Shown: positions 9,664 to 20,248 of the stretch, piece after piece
Layout: every line of letters begins with the position of its first letter
Position numbering within the stretch: the stretch's first letter is position 1
IMG/VR virus record: IMGVR_UViG_3300028920_000023
Source of the DNA: a virus
Lineage: Duplodnaviria > Caudoviricetes
DNA length: 64,000 nt
Strand: one strand, 5' to 3'
The notes under the pieces: model-generated
Database searches by the model: none
Told to the model about the DNA's origin: nothing
The model's input: only the letters and a program-made list of their open reading frames with translations
Position numbers and translations under genes: made by a program

Positions 9664-10236
9664 TCACGATATTTTTGATATACCATAATTCCAAGCAGCC
9701 TGCCAATTACAATATGGAGAAAATCTCTCAAACATAAACTCAGCATCCTCAGCTGTATCCCTATCATACCAAATATCATGCCAAATACAATCGAACTTTC
9801 TAGACGGAACCCACGTAAAAGCATCTCCATGAAAAATCTCAACATTCGGAAAATAAGGACCAACAAGATCAATAACCTCCTGATGCTTCTCCAACACACT
9901 AATCCTATCAGCCTTACCAGAATCAATCAACATCCCAATGTGCAGACCCAAACCAAGACCAGTAAACAAAACATCACCATAAGCATTCTCCAATAAGACC
10001 TCACAAGATAATTGCTCAATCTCAATATCTGTCATCATAACCCTGCCATCGTAAGTAAGCAAAGTAGACCCAGTCTCTTCACTCTTGTACACCTCAAAAG
10101 CACCAACCTTATTGGGTCTAATCTCAATCATGACAAAAATACCGTGAGGAATATCCATGATAAAGAAAAAACAACTAGGATCATTATCAATACGTACCAG
10201 CGGATCAGGAATAACAGACGCAGCCCAACTAACCAC
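9664..10236 (-). CDS. class I SAM-dependent methyltransferase (spermidine-synthase-like fold)
   Basis: DVLFTGLGLG (motif I), SVLEKHQEVI, FHGDAF, FDCIWHDIW. The true start may be the ATG at 10131. Confidence 0.8.
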   Translation of the reverse strand: MVSWAASVIPDPLVRIDNDPSCFFFIMDIPHGIFVMIEIRPNKVGAFEVYKSEETGSTLLTYDGRVMMTDIEIEQLSCEVLLENAYGDVLFTGLGLGLHIGMLIDSGKADRISVLEKHQEVIDLVGPYFPNVEIFHGDAFTWVPSRKFDCIWHDIWYDRDTAEDAEFMFERFSPYCNWQAAWNYGISKIS

Positions 10237-11182
10237 CTACGACCGCTACGGCATCTTCAACAACAACACACAAGCAACATACTTCCTACCACCAGCCCAA
10301 ACAGGACTATCCTACACATTCATAGTCACAAATACAGGCTCACTAACATTCTACACAGCCTCTGGAGATAGGTTCATAACACAAGGACTGACCGGAATAG
10401 AAGGTGGTTATATCACAAGTGCAACGATCGGAAGTCGAATAAAAATAATCGCCCTAGACGATATAATATGGACAGCGATGATAATAACAGGCTCCTGGGA
10501 AATAGAAACAGAAATATCACCAGGAACAACAGACATCACACTAGGTGCAGGCTGTACAAGCTGCGTAGAAGAATTCCCAGGAAGTGGACCAGTCAACGAA
10601 CTTGCAAATTCCAACGATCTTTCATCCTCTACCTGGGAAAAGAACAACCTAGCTGTGGCTTCAGACAGCAATCAAATAGACTGCTTCTGTAACCCAAACT
10701 CATGGAAAGTAACAGACTCAGATGGATCCAACACAGGATCACTAAGAATATTATCATACGATCTTGGATTATCTTTCGGGCAAGCTACAGACTTATGGAT
10801 GTCAATGTTCGTAAAGAAAATAGACAACGTAAGACCCTTCCTACAAATGACAGGCATATTCAGAAGCGGAATCAACGTAGGATATCTGGTTGACTTTGAC
10901 AATGAAACTATGATCCCCTATGCCGGAGGAGGCGTAAGCTCATTCCAACTGGAAAACATGAACTGCGACGGATGGTATAGAGCTGCATTCTATAGTGACG
11001 TATCTCTATTACAACCGGGTGCAGCTAACGTCACAATAACATTCGGTCCAGCAGGAGCAACAACCGGAACCGTATTAGATCCAAGCGTAACGGGAAGCAC
11101 ATATATGGCCGGGTTTATGCTGACTTATCATACTTTCGGTTCCGATACACCATTACCAGATTACAACGGAGCAACAGCATGA
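10157..11182 (+). CDS. putative virion structural/fibre-associated protein
   Basis: Beta-rich. Its N-terminal LPPAQTGLSYTF...W module is shared with the next gene, and NELANSNDLSSSTW...GWYR resembles carbohydrate-binding/spike-type domains. Confidence 0.5.
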   Translation: MIKKKQLGSLSIRTSGSGITDAAQLTTYDRYGIFNNNTQATYFLPPAQTGLSYTFIVTNTGSLTFYTASGDRFITQGLTGIEGGYITSATIGSRIKIIALDDIIWTAMIITGSWEIETEISPGTTDITLGAGCTSCVEEFPGSGPVNELANSNDLSSSTWEKNNLAVASDSNQIDCFCNPNSWKVTDSDGSNTGSLRILSYDLGLSFGQATDLWMSMFVKKIDNVRPFLQMTGIFRSGINVGYLVDFDNETMIPYAGGGVSSFQLENMNCDGWYRAAFYSDVSLLQPGAANVTITFGPAGATTGTVLDPSVTGSTYMAGFMLTYHTFGSDTPLPDYNGATA

Positions 11183-11538
11183 GCCTCTTATCCCTAAAAC
11201 AATTTGGAAATTATGATATAACACATTCCACGGCTTCATCTACGAATCCTAATATCATAACCTCGGATGATAAGTTCACAGTTTATACAAACAAAGGAGC
11301 ATCAGAATTAAATGTACATGAATTACCAGCTCCGGAAGGAGGATTAGAATATTATTTTGCAGTTTATTCTTCCGTCGGCATAGAAATTCAGGCTAGCTCA
11401 GGGCAAATCCAGATTGATGACGTATTAAGCACAGATGGCATAATATCCAGCACACAGGTGGGGGCTTTTTTGATCATTCTAGGATTAGATAATTCCACAT
11501 GGCTCGCTACTTCAGTTGTGGGGACCTGGGTTCCTTAG
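11179..11538 (+). CDS. small beta-rich protein, paralogous to the N-terminal module of 10157-11182
   Basis: LPAPEGGLEYYFAV...WLATSVVGTW aligns by eye with LPPAQTGLSYTFIV...WTAMIITGSW; 4-bp overlap with the upstream gene. Confidence 0.65.
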   Translation: MSLLSLKQFGNYDITHSTASSTNPNIITSDDKFTVYTNKGASELNVHELPAPEGGLEYYFAVYSSVGIEIQASSGQIQIDDVLSTDGIISSTQVGAFLIILGLDNSTWLATSVVGTWVP

Positions 11539-11546
11539 GAGGTTTT

Positions 11547-12401
11547 ATGAACAAATTATATGGTGCTTTTGCTCTAATCTTCCTCACAGGGTGCATAGCA
11601 GACAACAATACAAGACAGACCCAAGGACCATCTATCGATCCAATAACAATAAACGTCCCAAAAACTGAAACCGTAAACCTAGACAAGGTCGTAGACGATA
11701 CAGCCGCCAGAGTCTCCTCGGATATAAAAACAGAAGTCAGTAAAAACAACAGCCAATTATCTGGATGGATAAATGGTATGATCCATCAGTTAAAAACAGA
11801 TATAGGAAAACTATTCGAAGCACACGTACAAGCGACCCTGAATGCATCAAACGAAATGTCAGCAAACATCAGAACCAATATGAGCGAGCTGATTAAAGCA
11901 CAAATATCCCTATCAACACAACTGCAAATGCAAAACAAAATCAACGCAGAACTAAGAGCAGAACTAAACACCAAAATAGGAGTCATAGAAGAACTTAAAA
12001 TAGCCAACTCCTCCCTAAAAGCAGAAGTCAAAGCCCAAGGGCAAATCGCAGCTAATGCCCAAATCGGCAAAAACACATTCGAACAACAAATAAAGGATAT
12101 AAAACAAACCTTCGAATCCAAAGCTGGCAGAGACGTCAACATGTATCCTCCACAAGCAGTAGAGACAATAAAATCAACCTATCATTTCTTTCTAGGAATT
12201 ATAGGAGCATTATGCACATTGGCGACAACTATTATAGGTATGAGCTTCAAGTATTCTAGACAAAGAGCAGAGAGAAGATTTGAATTAGAACGAAAACGAA
12301 GCGACGAAATACACGAATTGTTAACTAGTGCTCTAGTTTACGTCCCAAAAGAAAGGGCTGAACAAATAGAGACACGTATGCAGAGGAAACACAATGGTTA
12401 G
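11547..12401 (+). CDS. lipoprotein with a long coiled coil and a C-terminal transmembrane helix
   Basis: AGGAGG RBS before the ATG at 11547; signal MNKLYGAFALIFLTGC (lipobox); hydrophobic FFLGIIGALCTLATTIIGM near the C-terminus. Confidence 0.75.
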   Translation: MNKLYGAFALIFLTGCIADNNTRQTQGPSIDPITINVPKTETVNLDKVVDDTAARVSSDIKTEVSKNNSQLSGWINGMIHQLKTDIGKLFEAHVQATLNASNEMSANIRTNMSELIKAQISLSTQLQMQNKINAELRAELNTKIGVIEELKIANSSLKAEVKAQGQIAANAQIGKNTFEQQIKDIKQTFESKAGRDVNMYPPQAVETIKSTYHFFLGIIGALCTLATTIIGMSFKYSRQRAERRFELERKRSDEIHELLTSALVYVPKERAEQIETRMQRKHNG

Positions 12402-12550
12402 ATATTTCCTCACCCAAAGCAGGATGATCATAAACGAATATAACCGTAGGAAGAAACTTGGCCAAGACGCCGAAAAATGGTTAGAAGAAAAATTATCTAA
12501 TAAAGACTTTTACTTAACAAACAAGGTTAACGAATTGAAAGAAAAACAAA

Positions 12551-12955
12551 ATGGTTAAAGTGATCAGACTGAGCTTAGCCGCCGGACAGACATACGAGAA
12601 CGTGAACATATATCTACCACACGAGCAAGTAGGGGATATCCCAAACCACTTCGAGGATGCACAACTAGTATTCAGAGATAATATAGACACTTATATCGTA
12701 CCGATTTACCAAGTAAGACTTATACAACTTAATAAACATAACCGTAGATTTCCATCAGATATCTCATACAGATATTCACATATTGCTTTATATGGGGATT
12801 TGACATTTGGGCCTATCTGGGCTTTGTCTTCAGCGGATGCGCTTAATAAAGCTAATATCCCAGTATTTCACGAAGCGTATGAACAATTTACTTTCGCCTG
12901 TAATGATGGGACGTTCGTAACCACTGACTTCAACGTGATCCAAATAAAGGTATAA
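12551..12955 (+). CDS. hypothetical protein (134 aa)
   Basis: ORF track. Confidence 0.65.
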   Translation: MVKVIRLSLAAGQTYENVNIYLPHEQVGDIPNHFEDAQLVFRDNIDTYIVPIYQVRLIQLNKHNRRFPSDISYRYSHIALYGDLTFGPIWALSSADALNKANIPVFHEAYEQFTFACNDGTFVTTDFNVIQIKV

Positions 12956-13090
12956 AAATGGATGATCTAGAGGAGAAATTAGACAAGGTATTGGGCCTAG
13001 AGGGCCTGGTATCCAAAGGCTCTACCAAAGGTGCATCCAAAGGACCCACCAAAGACACAATGGCTCATGATTATGATGAAGACAGTCAAT

Positions 13091-13285
13091 CTAAAGAAGA
13101 AGAGAACCCCGAGAATAAGTGATCAGTAATAAATCTACTTTCATTTGTTCTATATTCCTATGACAGTTTTCTGCACATCGTGCTCTAATTAATCCAATGT
13201 GTTTGTTAATTTCTTCATCCTGTTCCAACATTATTCTCTTTCGCAATGACAACTCGATCTGGCTCAAGAGCATATCTTTGTTCAT
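13091..13285 (-). CDS. small hypothetical protein (64 aa, MNKDMLLSQ...)
   Basis: AAGGAGG RBS upstream of the ATG at 13285. The longer ORF in the track is an antisense shadow of the fibre gene. Confidence 0.45.
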   Translation of the reverse strand: MNKDMLLSQIELSLRKRIMLEQDEEINKHIGLIRARCAENCHRNIEQMKVDLLLITYSRGSLLL

Positions 13286-13340
13286 GTTCTGACCCTCCTT
13301 TAATATATTCTTACAAAGATAAAAGTAAGGAGAATAAAAT

Positions 13341-14849
13341 ATGAAAATTATTACTTCTGATGGTTCAGTATTATCTGGGGAAATAGGACCAACCGGTCCT
13401 CTTGGACCAACCGGACCAGAAGGACCACTAAACCAAAACCCAACACTAGAAAGCCTCACTTTATTCAGCAACGCCCCATCCCTACTCATACAAGAAGATA
13501 ATACCTCTCCAGGATGGGAATTAACAAGTAATAATGGCAACTTACAAATAAACAATCTGACAGACAGTACAAACCCAGAAACAGTATTGCAAGCCAGCAC
13601 TGACAGCATAATAACACTCCACAACGCTACCAATGGAACATTCTTAATCGGTGGAACCACACAGCCAGATGCAACGTTTGGAACAGTACTACAAATAGAA
13701 AACGATCAAACAGCAGCAAACTCCCTAATATTCCGTAAAGACACGAGCGGAACAGAACAAACCGTAGGCAGGATTGTAGCTAAAAGTGGAAATTCCTTGG
13801 CCTCGTATGATCGTCTAGCCCAAATTGATTTCGCTCAGGACGCCGCAGACAACAGCACGGGGATGATGTTATTCTATACTGGTGGGGCAGGCGGTACCTT
13901 CACCGAGAAAATGCGGATTGATTCTGACGGTTTTCTAGGATTAGGAGTTGCTCCAGAATCGGATATTAACACCAATTTCAAAGCACTCCGAATAGGCTCC
14001 AGATTAATTGTCCAATATGATGAATCTGGTGATTATTGCGGGTTAATGTATAACCGCTATCGTGCTGCCTCGTCATGGGCAAGTATGGAAACTGGGGTAG
14101 GTGCGTGGCATCACTTTGAAGCTAACGGGGCGCAAACATTTGGATATTTTGCATCGGGTAGCGGCGATGCGGTAAACCGCATGGTTATTGATGAGAACGG
14201 ACACTTAACGAATTATAGTAATATATATGCAAGTAGCACAGGTACAGATTGTGCTATTGTATCAACGGATGGTGCGACAAATGCAAACGAACTTATCATG
14301 TACTTCAACCATTCTAGCAGCCGTGCAGAAATTATTGCGGTACAGCAAAACGTAGGATATCGCGCACTCTGGCTAAATCCAAACGGATCTGGTGTTGTGA
14401 TCGGTAATCCTACAGGTGGTGACAAAGGAACAGGTACATTAAATGCGCAAGGAGTATACGATGACAATGTTCTGTTGACATGTTACGTAGGAGAAGCCTA
14501 CGCCACAGGAGATATCAACATAGCCAAATGGGATGCTTTAGTCCCAGACCAAACCGATACAGATGTAAATGGAGTAGAACGCACAATAAAGAAGACTCAT
14601 GAGAGAGCACGTTATATAAAAGATAATCTCTGGATGTTAGATCCTCGGAAATACGGAGATTTCTTTAAAGAAAAAAGACATCTAGCAGGCATGCCAAGTT
14701 TCGAAACCTGGAAGCACGGCGACATGCCTATCGGAGACCTAACATGCCGATTATGGGAATGCTGTGAATTATTAACTGTGCATATCCATAAATTAGAATC
14801 ACAAATAACAGAATTAAAGACAGAAATAGAAAAATTAAAAGCATCCTAA
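13341..14849 (+). CDS. tail/virion fibre protein (collagen-like start, shared N-terminal module, coiled-coil C-terminus)
   Basis: GPTGPLGPTGPEGPLNQNPTLESLTLFS module shared with 8488 and 26758; repeated EKMRIDSDG-type fibre motifs. Confidence 0.8.
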   Translation: MKIITSDGSVLSGEIGPTGPLGPTGPEGPLNQNPTLESLTLFSNAPSLLIQEDNTSPGWELTSNNGNLQINNLTDSTNPETVLQASTDSIITLHNATNGTFLIGGTTQPDATFGTVLQIENDQTAANSLIFRKDTSGTEQTVGRIVAKSGNSLASYDRLAQIDFAQDAADNSTGMMLFYTGGAGGTFTEKMRIDSDGFLGLGVAPESDINTNFKALRIGSRLIVQYDESGDYCGLMYNRYRAASSWASMETGVGAWHHFEANGAQTFGYFASGSGDAVNRMVIDENGHLTNYSNIYASSTGTDCAIVSTDGATNANELIMYFNHSSSRAEIIAVQQNVGYRALWLNPNGSGVVIGNPTGGDKGTGTLNAQGVYDDNVLLTCYVGEAYATGDINIAKWDALVPDQTDTDVNGVERTIKKTHERARYIKDNLWMLDPRKYGDFFKEKRHLAGMPSFETWKHGDMPIGDLTCRLWECCELLTVHIHKLESQITELKTEIEKLKAS

Positions 14850-14884
14850 CAGATAAATAATCCTAAACACCTAAGGAGTCCAAC

Positions 14885-16507
14885 ATGAACGCCATAGTCA
14901 TAATTTGTATCGGAAAAGCCCATCAGCAATTCTACCAAATATCAAAACCAACAATAGAAGCATACGCAAGAAAAGTAGGAGCAGAACTAATAGAAATAAC
15001 AGAACAAACAACAAACACAATAAGCCCACACTTCGAAAAATTCCAAATCTACGACCTCCTCATAAAATACCAACGAATCCTATACTTAGACATAGACCTC
15101 ATCATAAGAGACGACTGCCCAAACCTCTTCGAACTAGTACCAGAAGACAAAATCGGGCTCTTCGACGAAAGCCCACACAAAAACCACATCCGGCACATGG
15201 TAGAAGCAAGCCAAACCTACAAAATCAAAATCGAAAAAGACTACGACGGATCCTACTACAACACCGGCGTATTCATCCTCTCCAGAATGCACCGAGACCT
15301 ATTCCAACCACCAACCATACAAAGCATCCACAACCACCAAGACCAAAGCTACCTCAACCTAAAAATCCAACAAACACACACCCGAGTCCACAAACTACAC
15401 CACAGACTCAACAGAACACCAATCGTAGACGAAACCACCGGAGACCACAGACTAAACGCCCACATCATCCACTACGCAGGAATATTACAAAACGCACAGA
15501 GAGTAATGCACAACGACCTCCAAAGATGGAAACAAGGCGAAACACAAATACAACCAAAAGCCATACTAGCAATAGGAGCAAGACTAGGCGACATAACCTG
15601 CGCAGAACCAATAATCAGATATCTAGCCACAAAACAATACCCAGAATATGAAATAACAATCTTAAGCAATCAACCAAGAATATTCGCACATCTAGGCCAA
15701 AGAGCCACACTAGCCACCTTCGAAGGACATAAACGAGACCCCGACCAAGCATACCTCATCAAAAACATAATGCTACCCCAAGAACACCCCATATGGCAAT
15801 ACATGACAGCCAATAACATGCACACCGTAGACTGGATGGCAATAAACTGCCTCAAACACACACTACCAGACCAAGACAAACAAATACAACTAGCAGCAAG
15901 CCCACAAGGCAACCAAGAAATAGACGAAATATTCATACAATACGGCTACAAACCAGAAGAAACAATCCTAATACACCCAGGACGAAGCTGGGCATCCAAA
16001 ACATTCCCAGCACGATACTGGAACAAAATCATCAACGGACTAATCAAAAAAGGACACAAACCAGTAATCATAGGAAAAGACATAACAGAAAAAATCCAAG
16101 GCAAAAAACTACCCAACCTAGGAACAGTAGAAGGACTCGAAATACCAGAAAACACCCCAGACCTAAGAAACCTACTCTCCATAGACAGCCTCATCTCAAT
16201 AATATCCAGAGCACCAATCCTAATATCAAACGACTCCGCACCCATCCACATAGCCGGAGCATTCAACAACCACATAATACTAATACCAACCTGCAAACAC
16301 CCCGACTTCATACTCCCATGGAGAAACGGAAGCAAATACCACAAAGCACAAGCACTATACAACCAACCCATGTGGGAAGCACCCTGCAAAAGCCCACAAA
16401 ACACACTCAATTATGAACTAGAAACAATACCAGAAGGACACAACATCCTAGAATACCTCCCAGACCCCAGCAAAATCATCAAAACAGCAGAAGAGATCAC
16501 CAAATGA
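14885..16507 (+). CDS. two-domain glycosyltransferase (GT-A/GT8-like plus GT9 heptosyltransferase-like)
   Basis: RILYLDIDL DxD motif, YYNTGVFIL and HIIHYAG; C-terminal LIHPGRSWASKTFP...LISNDSAPIHIAGAF. Confidence 0.85.
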   Translation: MNAIVIICIGKAHQQFYQISKPTIEAYARKVGAELIEITEQTTNTISPHFEKFQIYDLLIKYQRILYLDIDLIIRDDCPNLFELVPEDKIGLFDESPHKNHIRHMVEASQTYKIKIEKDYDGSYYNTGVFILSRMHRDLFQPPTIQSIHNHQDQSYLNLKIQQTHTRVHKLHHRLNRTPIVDETTGDHRLNAHIIHYAGILQNAQRVMHNDLQRWKQGETQIQPKAILAIGARLGDITCAEPIIRYLATKQYPEYEITILSNQPRIFAHLGQRATLATFEGHKRDPDQAYLIKNIMLPQEHPIWQYMTANNMHTVDWMAINCLKHTLPDQDKQIQLAASPQGNQEIDEIFIQYGYKPEETILIHPGRSWASKTFPARYWNKIINGLIKKGHKPVIIGKDITEKIQGKKLPNLGTVEGLEIPENTPDLRNLLSIDSLISIISRAPILISNDSAPIHIAGAFNNHIILIPTCKHPDFILPWRNGSKYHKAQALYNQPMWEAPCKSPQNTLNYELETIPEGHNILEYLPDPSKIIKTAEEITK

Positions 16508-17787
16508 AAACAGCACTAATGACACTAACAATCGGAACATACTTCAGAAGTATGTCCATAACAGCACACAAATATATGCAAGCCTACGCCCACAAAATAG
16601 GCGCAGACTTCATCGACATAGACGAAAGCCAATACTCACACTGCCACTACGACAAATTCAGAATATACGAACTATTAGAACAATACGACAGAATAATATA
16701 CCTAGACGGAGACATCCTAATAACACCCGAAAGCCCCAACCTATTTGACATCGTACCCCAAGACAAATTCGGTGCCCTATACGAAGGAAAATACGCCACC
16801 GACGAAGAACGACAAAAACACCACCAAGTAATACTCAAAGCAAGCCAAGAACACGAAATACAACTACCAGAAAACTACAAATTCATAAACGCAGGAATAA
16901 TGATCATATCAAAATGCCACAGAGAATTATTCGCACCACCACAAAAAATCGTCCATATGGAATACGGCGACCAACCACTAATGGTACTAAGAATAGCAAA
17001 CAGTAACACAGAAATATTCGACATCGGACCAGACCTCAACAGAATGCCATACCTAGACAGACTAGGAAAACCAAGAACAGAAAGCCACATCATACACTAC
17101 GCAGGACTAAACAACCCACACGAACTAATGAAAAGAGACATACACCACATAGAGAACGAAACAGGACCGAAAATAATCTACGTCCTAAACATCAACAACT
17201 ACATGCCAAAATTATGCGAAATAACCATACCAAGTATACAAGCCTATGCAGATAGAATCGGAGCAAGACTTCACATAATAACAGAAAGACAATATCCAGA
17301 ATGGCCAATCGTCTATGAGAAAACCCAATTATGGGACCTAGGAAAAGACAACGAATGGACAATCTTCATAGACGCAGACGTAATAATCGGAAAAGACCTA
17401 CCAGACCTGACAGAATACATGGGGCTAAACGAAGTAGGAATGCACATGTCCTACGACTACGATAAACACCTCCCAAGCGATTATCTCGTAAACAAAGACA
17501 GAAGGAACATCGGAATCGTCGGCAGCTTTCTCGTAACCCATAAAACATGCCATAGAATATGGGAACCATTCGAAGAAACAGTCCACAACATAAAAAGAAG
17601 ACTAGCCTGCAATGAGACAAAAGACCACCTAATACACGAATACAAACTCAGCAGAAACCTAGCAAGATACGGCTTTAAACACAGAGGAATAACAGAAATA
17701 AGCGACGACTTCCTACACTTAAGTGCCACAGTAGAAGACAACGACACACTAGGAAGAGCTAGAGAATTCGCAGAAAGAAGATGCTAA
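16504..17787 (+). CDS. glycosyltransferase with tandem GT-A/GT8-like domains
   Basis: IIYLDGDI, FINAGIMII, HIIHYAG; second domain with YADRIGA and IFIDADVII. Confidence 0.8.
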   Translation: MKTALMTLTIGTYFRSMSITAHKYMQAYAHKIGADFIDIDESQYSHCHYDKFRIYELLEQYDRIIYLDGDILITPESPNLFDIVPQDKFGALYEGKYATDEERQKHHQVILKASQEHEIQLPENYKFINAGIMIISKCHRELFAPPQKIVHMEYGDQPLMVLRIANSNTEIFDIGPDLNRMPYLDRLGKPRTESHIIHYAGLNNPHELMKRDIHHIENETGPKIIYVLNINNYMPKLCEITIPSIQAYADRIGARLHIITERQYPEWPIVYEKTQLWDLGKDNEWTIFIDADVIIGKDLPDLTEYMGLNEVGMHMSYDYDKHLPSDYLVNKDRRNIGIVGSFLVTHKTCHRIWEPFEETVHNIKRRLACNETKDHLIHEYKLSRNLARYGFKHRGITEISDDFLHLSATVEDNDTLGRAREFAERRC

Positions 17788-19370
17788 TTCCAATCATTAA
17801 GCATATTACGAATCTCATTACATACAACATCAACCTCAGGCAAATAATCCATAATATCACCATTCACCCAGTCAATATCCTGGCCATGCACCATAGTAGG
17901 ACGAGAATCGATATCGGCACAAACCAACCGCTTATATAAAGACGCAGACTTATAAGTCTGATGACCATACCTATACGGAATAACATGATCAGGAGCCTTG
18001 CAAGTCGGAATCAATGCAATATAATTATCAAAAGCACCAGCAATATGAACCGGAGCAGAATCATTAGTCAACAACACCTTAGCCTTGCTAACTAGAGCAA
18101 AAATACCACCCAAAGACAATAAATTGATTGTATTAATCACATCGGAAGGAATATTATCAAGCTTCACAACACCCTGCTCATCAGAAATATGTTTACCAAT
18201 TAAAATAACCCGACCGACCTTAGACAACTCGCGAACAACCTCTTCCCAATATTCCTTAGGAAAAGTCTTAGAAGGCCAACCCCTACCAGCATGAACCAAA
18301 ACACAATTATCAAAATCCAAATCAGAACCAACTACCTTCTCAAGCTCCTCATAATCTTCCTTAAGAACCTTCAATTTAATATGCTTACAATCATTCGGAA
18401 TAGTCCCCCTCAGACTCATGACACTGCTGTAGTCCGTCGTATGCATCTGATTAGGAGAAACATAACGCCAAGACGGACAACCATGCTTGGCCATCGTATG
18501 AATCTCGTAATATGAGGTATCATCTTTGGGCTTGAAGGTGCCCATATCGTACACCGGAACAGGAAGATGCATAAACGCCCTGGGATACCAAGTAGTCACG
18601 TGTATTCTAGCATCTGGATAAGCTTTTTCAATAATATAACGGATTACGGGTTCAGCGCAAATCTGATCACCTAAACCTCCATGAACCTGGACATTAATAT
18701 TAAAAGGATAATCTGATAAATTGCTTCTCCAAGAAGCCAAATCTTTCTCGACAAGGTTAAAAACAGTTCCAATATTTGGACAACCAGCATAATGAACAAT
18801 ATAACTTGCTAACCTATGCTTACCGACGAAATCTAGAACCGTCATCCTATTAAAATTATACTCAAGTTCAAATATTTCAACTTTAGATTTCTTGAACATT
18901 AAATTTAGAAATGATTGCTCATAAAAATTGCTAATTTCATTCATAGGCTTTACAAACAAATGTTTATGACACCTAGAAATGACAAGAACGCCAGTATTGT
19001 AATAATCATTATCCCAATTTAGTTGTACATTATATTGCTGTTTAATAGCTTGGATAGCACCAGAACGGTCAGCGAATCTTCCTTCATTAAAGGCACCCAA
19101 TTTATCTTCTGGAACGATATCAAACAAATTCGGACAATCTTCTCTAACAATTAAATCTGTATCCATATAGATAATTCTATGGTAGACGTTTAGATAATAA
19201 TATATCTGGAATTTTTCGAAATGTGGTGTAGTTTGTGAGATCTGTTGTTGATCAATAACAATAAAATCGGCACCAATTCTCTTGGCATAGGCTTCCAGAG
19301 TAGGATGCGTCAGTTTTGCTAAAGACTGATGATTCTGACCAATTGCGATCGTTATTATTGCTGTTTTCAT
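17784..19370 (-). CDS. two-domain glycosyltransferase (GT8-like plus GT9-like), paralog of 14885-16507
   Basis: RIIYMDTDL, YYNTGVLVI, YIVHYAG; VHAGRGWPSKTFP...LLTNDSAPVHIAGAF. Confidence 0.85.
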   Translation of the reverse strand: MKTAIITIAIGQNHQSLAKLTHPTLEAYAKRIGADFIVIDQQQISQTTPHFEKFQIYYYLNVYHRIIYMDTDLIVREDCPNLFDIVPEDKLGAFNEGRFADRSGAIQAIKQQYNVQLNWDNDYYNTGVLVISRCHKHLFVKPMNEISNFYEQSFLNLMFKKSKVEIFELEYNFNRMTVLDFVGKHRLASYIVHYAGCPNIGTVFNLVEKDLASWRSNLSDYPFNINVQVHGGLGDQICAEPVIRYIIEKAYPDARIHVTTWYPRAFMHLPVPVYDMGTFKPKDDTSYYEIHTMAKHGCPSWRYVSPNQMHTTDYSSVMSLRGTIPNDCKHIKLKVLKEDYEELEKVVGSDLDFDNCVLVHAGRGWPSKTFPKEYWEEVVRELSKVGRVILIGKHISDEQGVVKLDNIPSDVINTINLLSLGGIFALVSKAKVLLTNDSAPVHIAGAFDNYIALIPTCKAPDHVIPYRYGHQTYKSASLYKRLVCADIDSRPTMVHGQDIDWVNGDIMDYLPEVDVVCNEIRNMLNDWN

Positions 19371-20248
19371 AGATTAGGACCAATAGGACCGGATTTAAGA
19401 TGCTTTTCCCAGAAACGAGCGTTACCAGTTATGTTCTGCCAAATCTCGTTTTTAAAAACAGTGTCATCAAAACAATTTTGCCATGATGAGGGTTGTGGTT
19501 TTACCTTGGGTCTTATCTTGTGTAAGTTCTTAAAACCATGCACATCATCGTCTTCATGTGTTATTTGTTCTACATTATCAAAATCATGGTCATAAGGTTC
19601 TTCTCCTAGAAATTCGTAAATGCATTCCATCGTGTTTTCTGGACTATTTGTCAATTTTTCATAATCAACAAAATACATATGATTAAGCCAGCCACGAAGA
19701 ATAGAATCATTAATAGCATTAAATGCCCTTCCGATAGGCTCACCATCGGAAATGAAAACTCTAATTCTATTTAATGCTATTCTCATCTTAAGAGGATCAT
19801 CATCCTGCGGAATACGACCCAAAGCTGAGGTCATTCTGAATAATTTCTCAAAGGAGGTAATAACGTCCCTAAGGTCTCTAACCGTGACCAGACATTTAAA
19901 ATCACCTATTAGGGCTTGAGCTAATTCAAAGAATGAGGGCCAGCCTCTGTTCTTGTCGAAACAGACTGGTTTATCGGTGTGTTGGAAAGATGCCTGTAGA
20001 ACGGCATTTAGGACGTTTTCTTTGACTTTTTCACAAAGGTCGTTGTCCCATGCTTTGAACATGGGGTTGGTATTCCAGGTGTTTTTCATCTGGACAAGTA
20101 AGTCTAACGTACCCGAGGATGGTGTTACGTAGAACTTTGGATTTTGTCCCAGGATATTCATAAGCAGGGTTGACCCACTACGGGGCAACCCTGATACTAG
20201 GTGTATTGTTTTCATGTTATTATGTACTTGCGATATAGTCCAAACCAA
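19367..20248 (-). CDS. PAPS-dependent sulfotransferase
   Basis: 5'-PSB loop [41 protein letters not shown]. The true start may be MKTIH. Confidence 0.88.
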   Translation of the reverse strand: MVWTISQVHNNMKTIHLVSGLPRSGSTLLMNILGQNPKFYVTPSSGTLDLLVQMKNTWNTNPMFKAWDNDLCEKVKENVLNAVLQASFQHTDKPVCFDKNRGWPSFFELAQALIGDFKCLVTVRDLRDVITSFEKLFRMTSALGRIPQDDDPLKMRIALNRIRVFISDGEPIGRAFNAINDSILRGWLNHMYFVDYEKLTNSPENTMECIYEFLGEEPYDHDFDNVEQITHEDDDVHGFKNLHKIRPKVKPQPSSWQNCFDDTVFKNEIWQNITGNARFWEKHLKSGPIGPNL

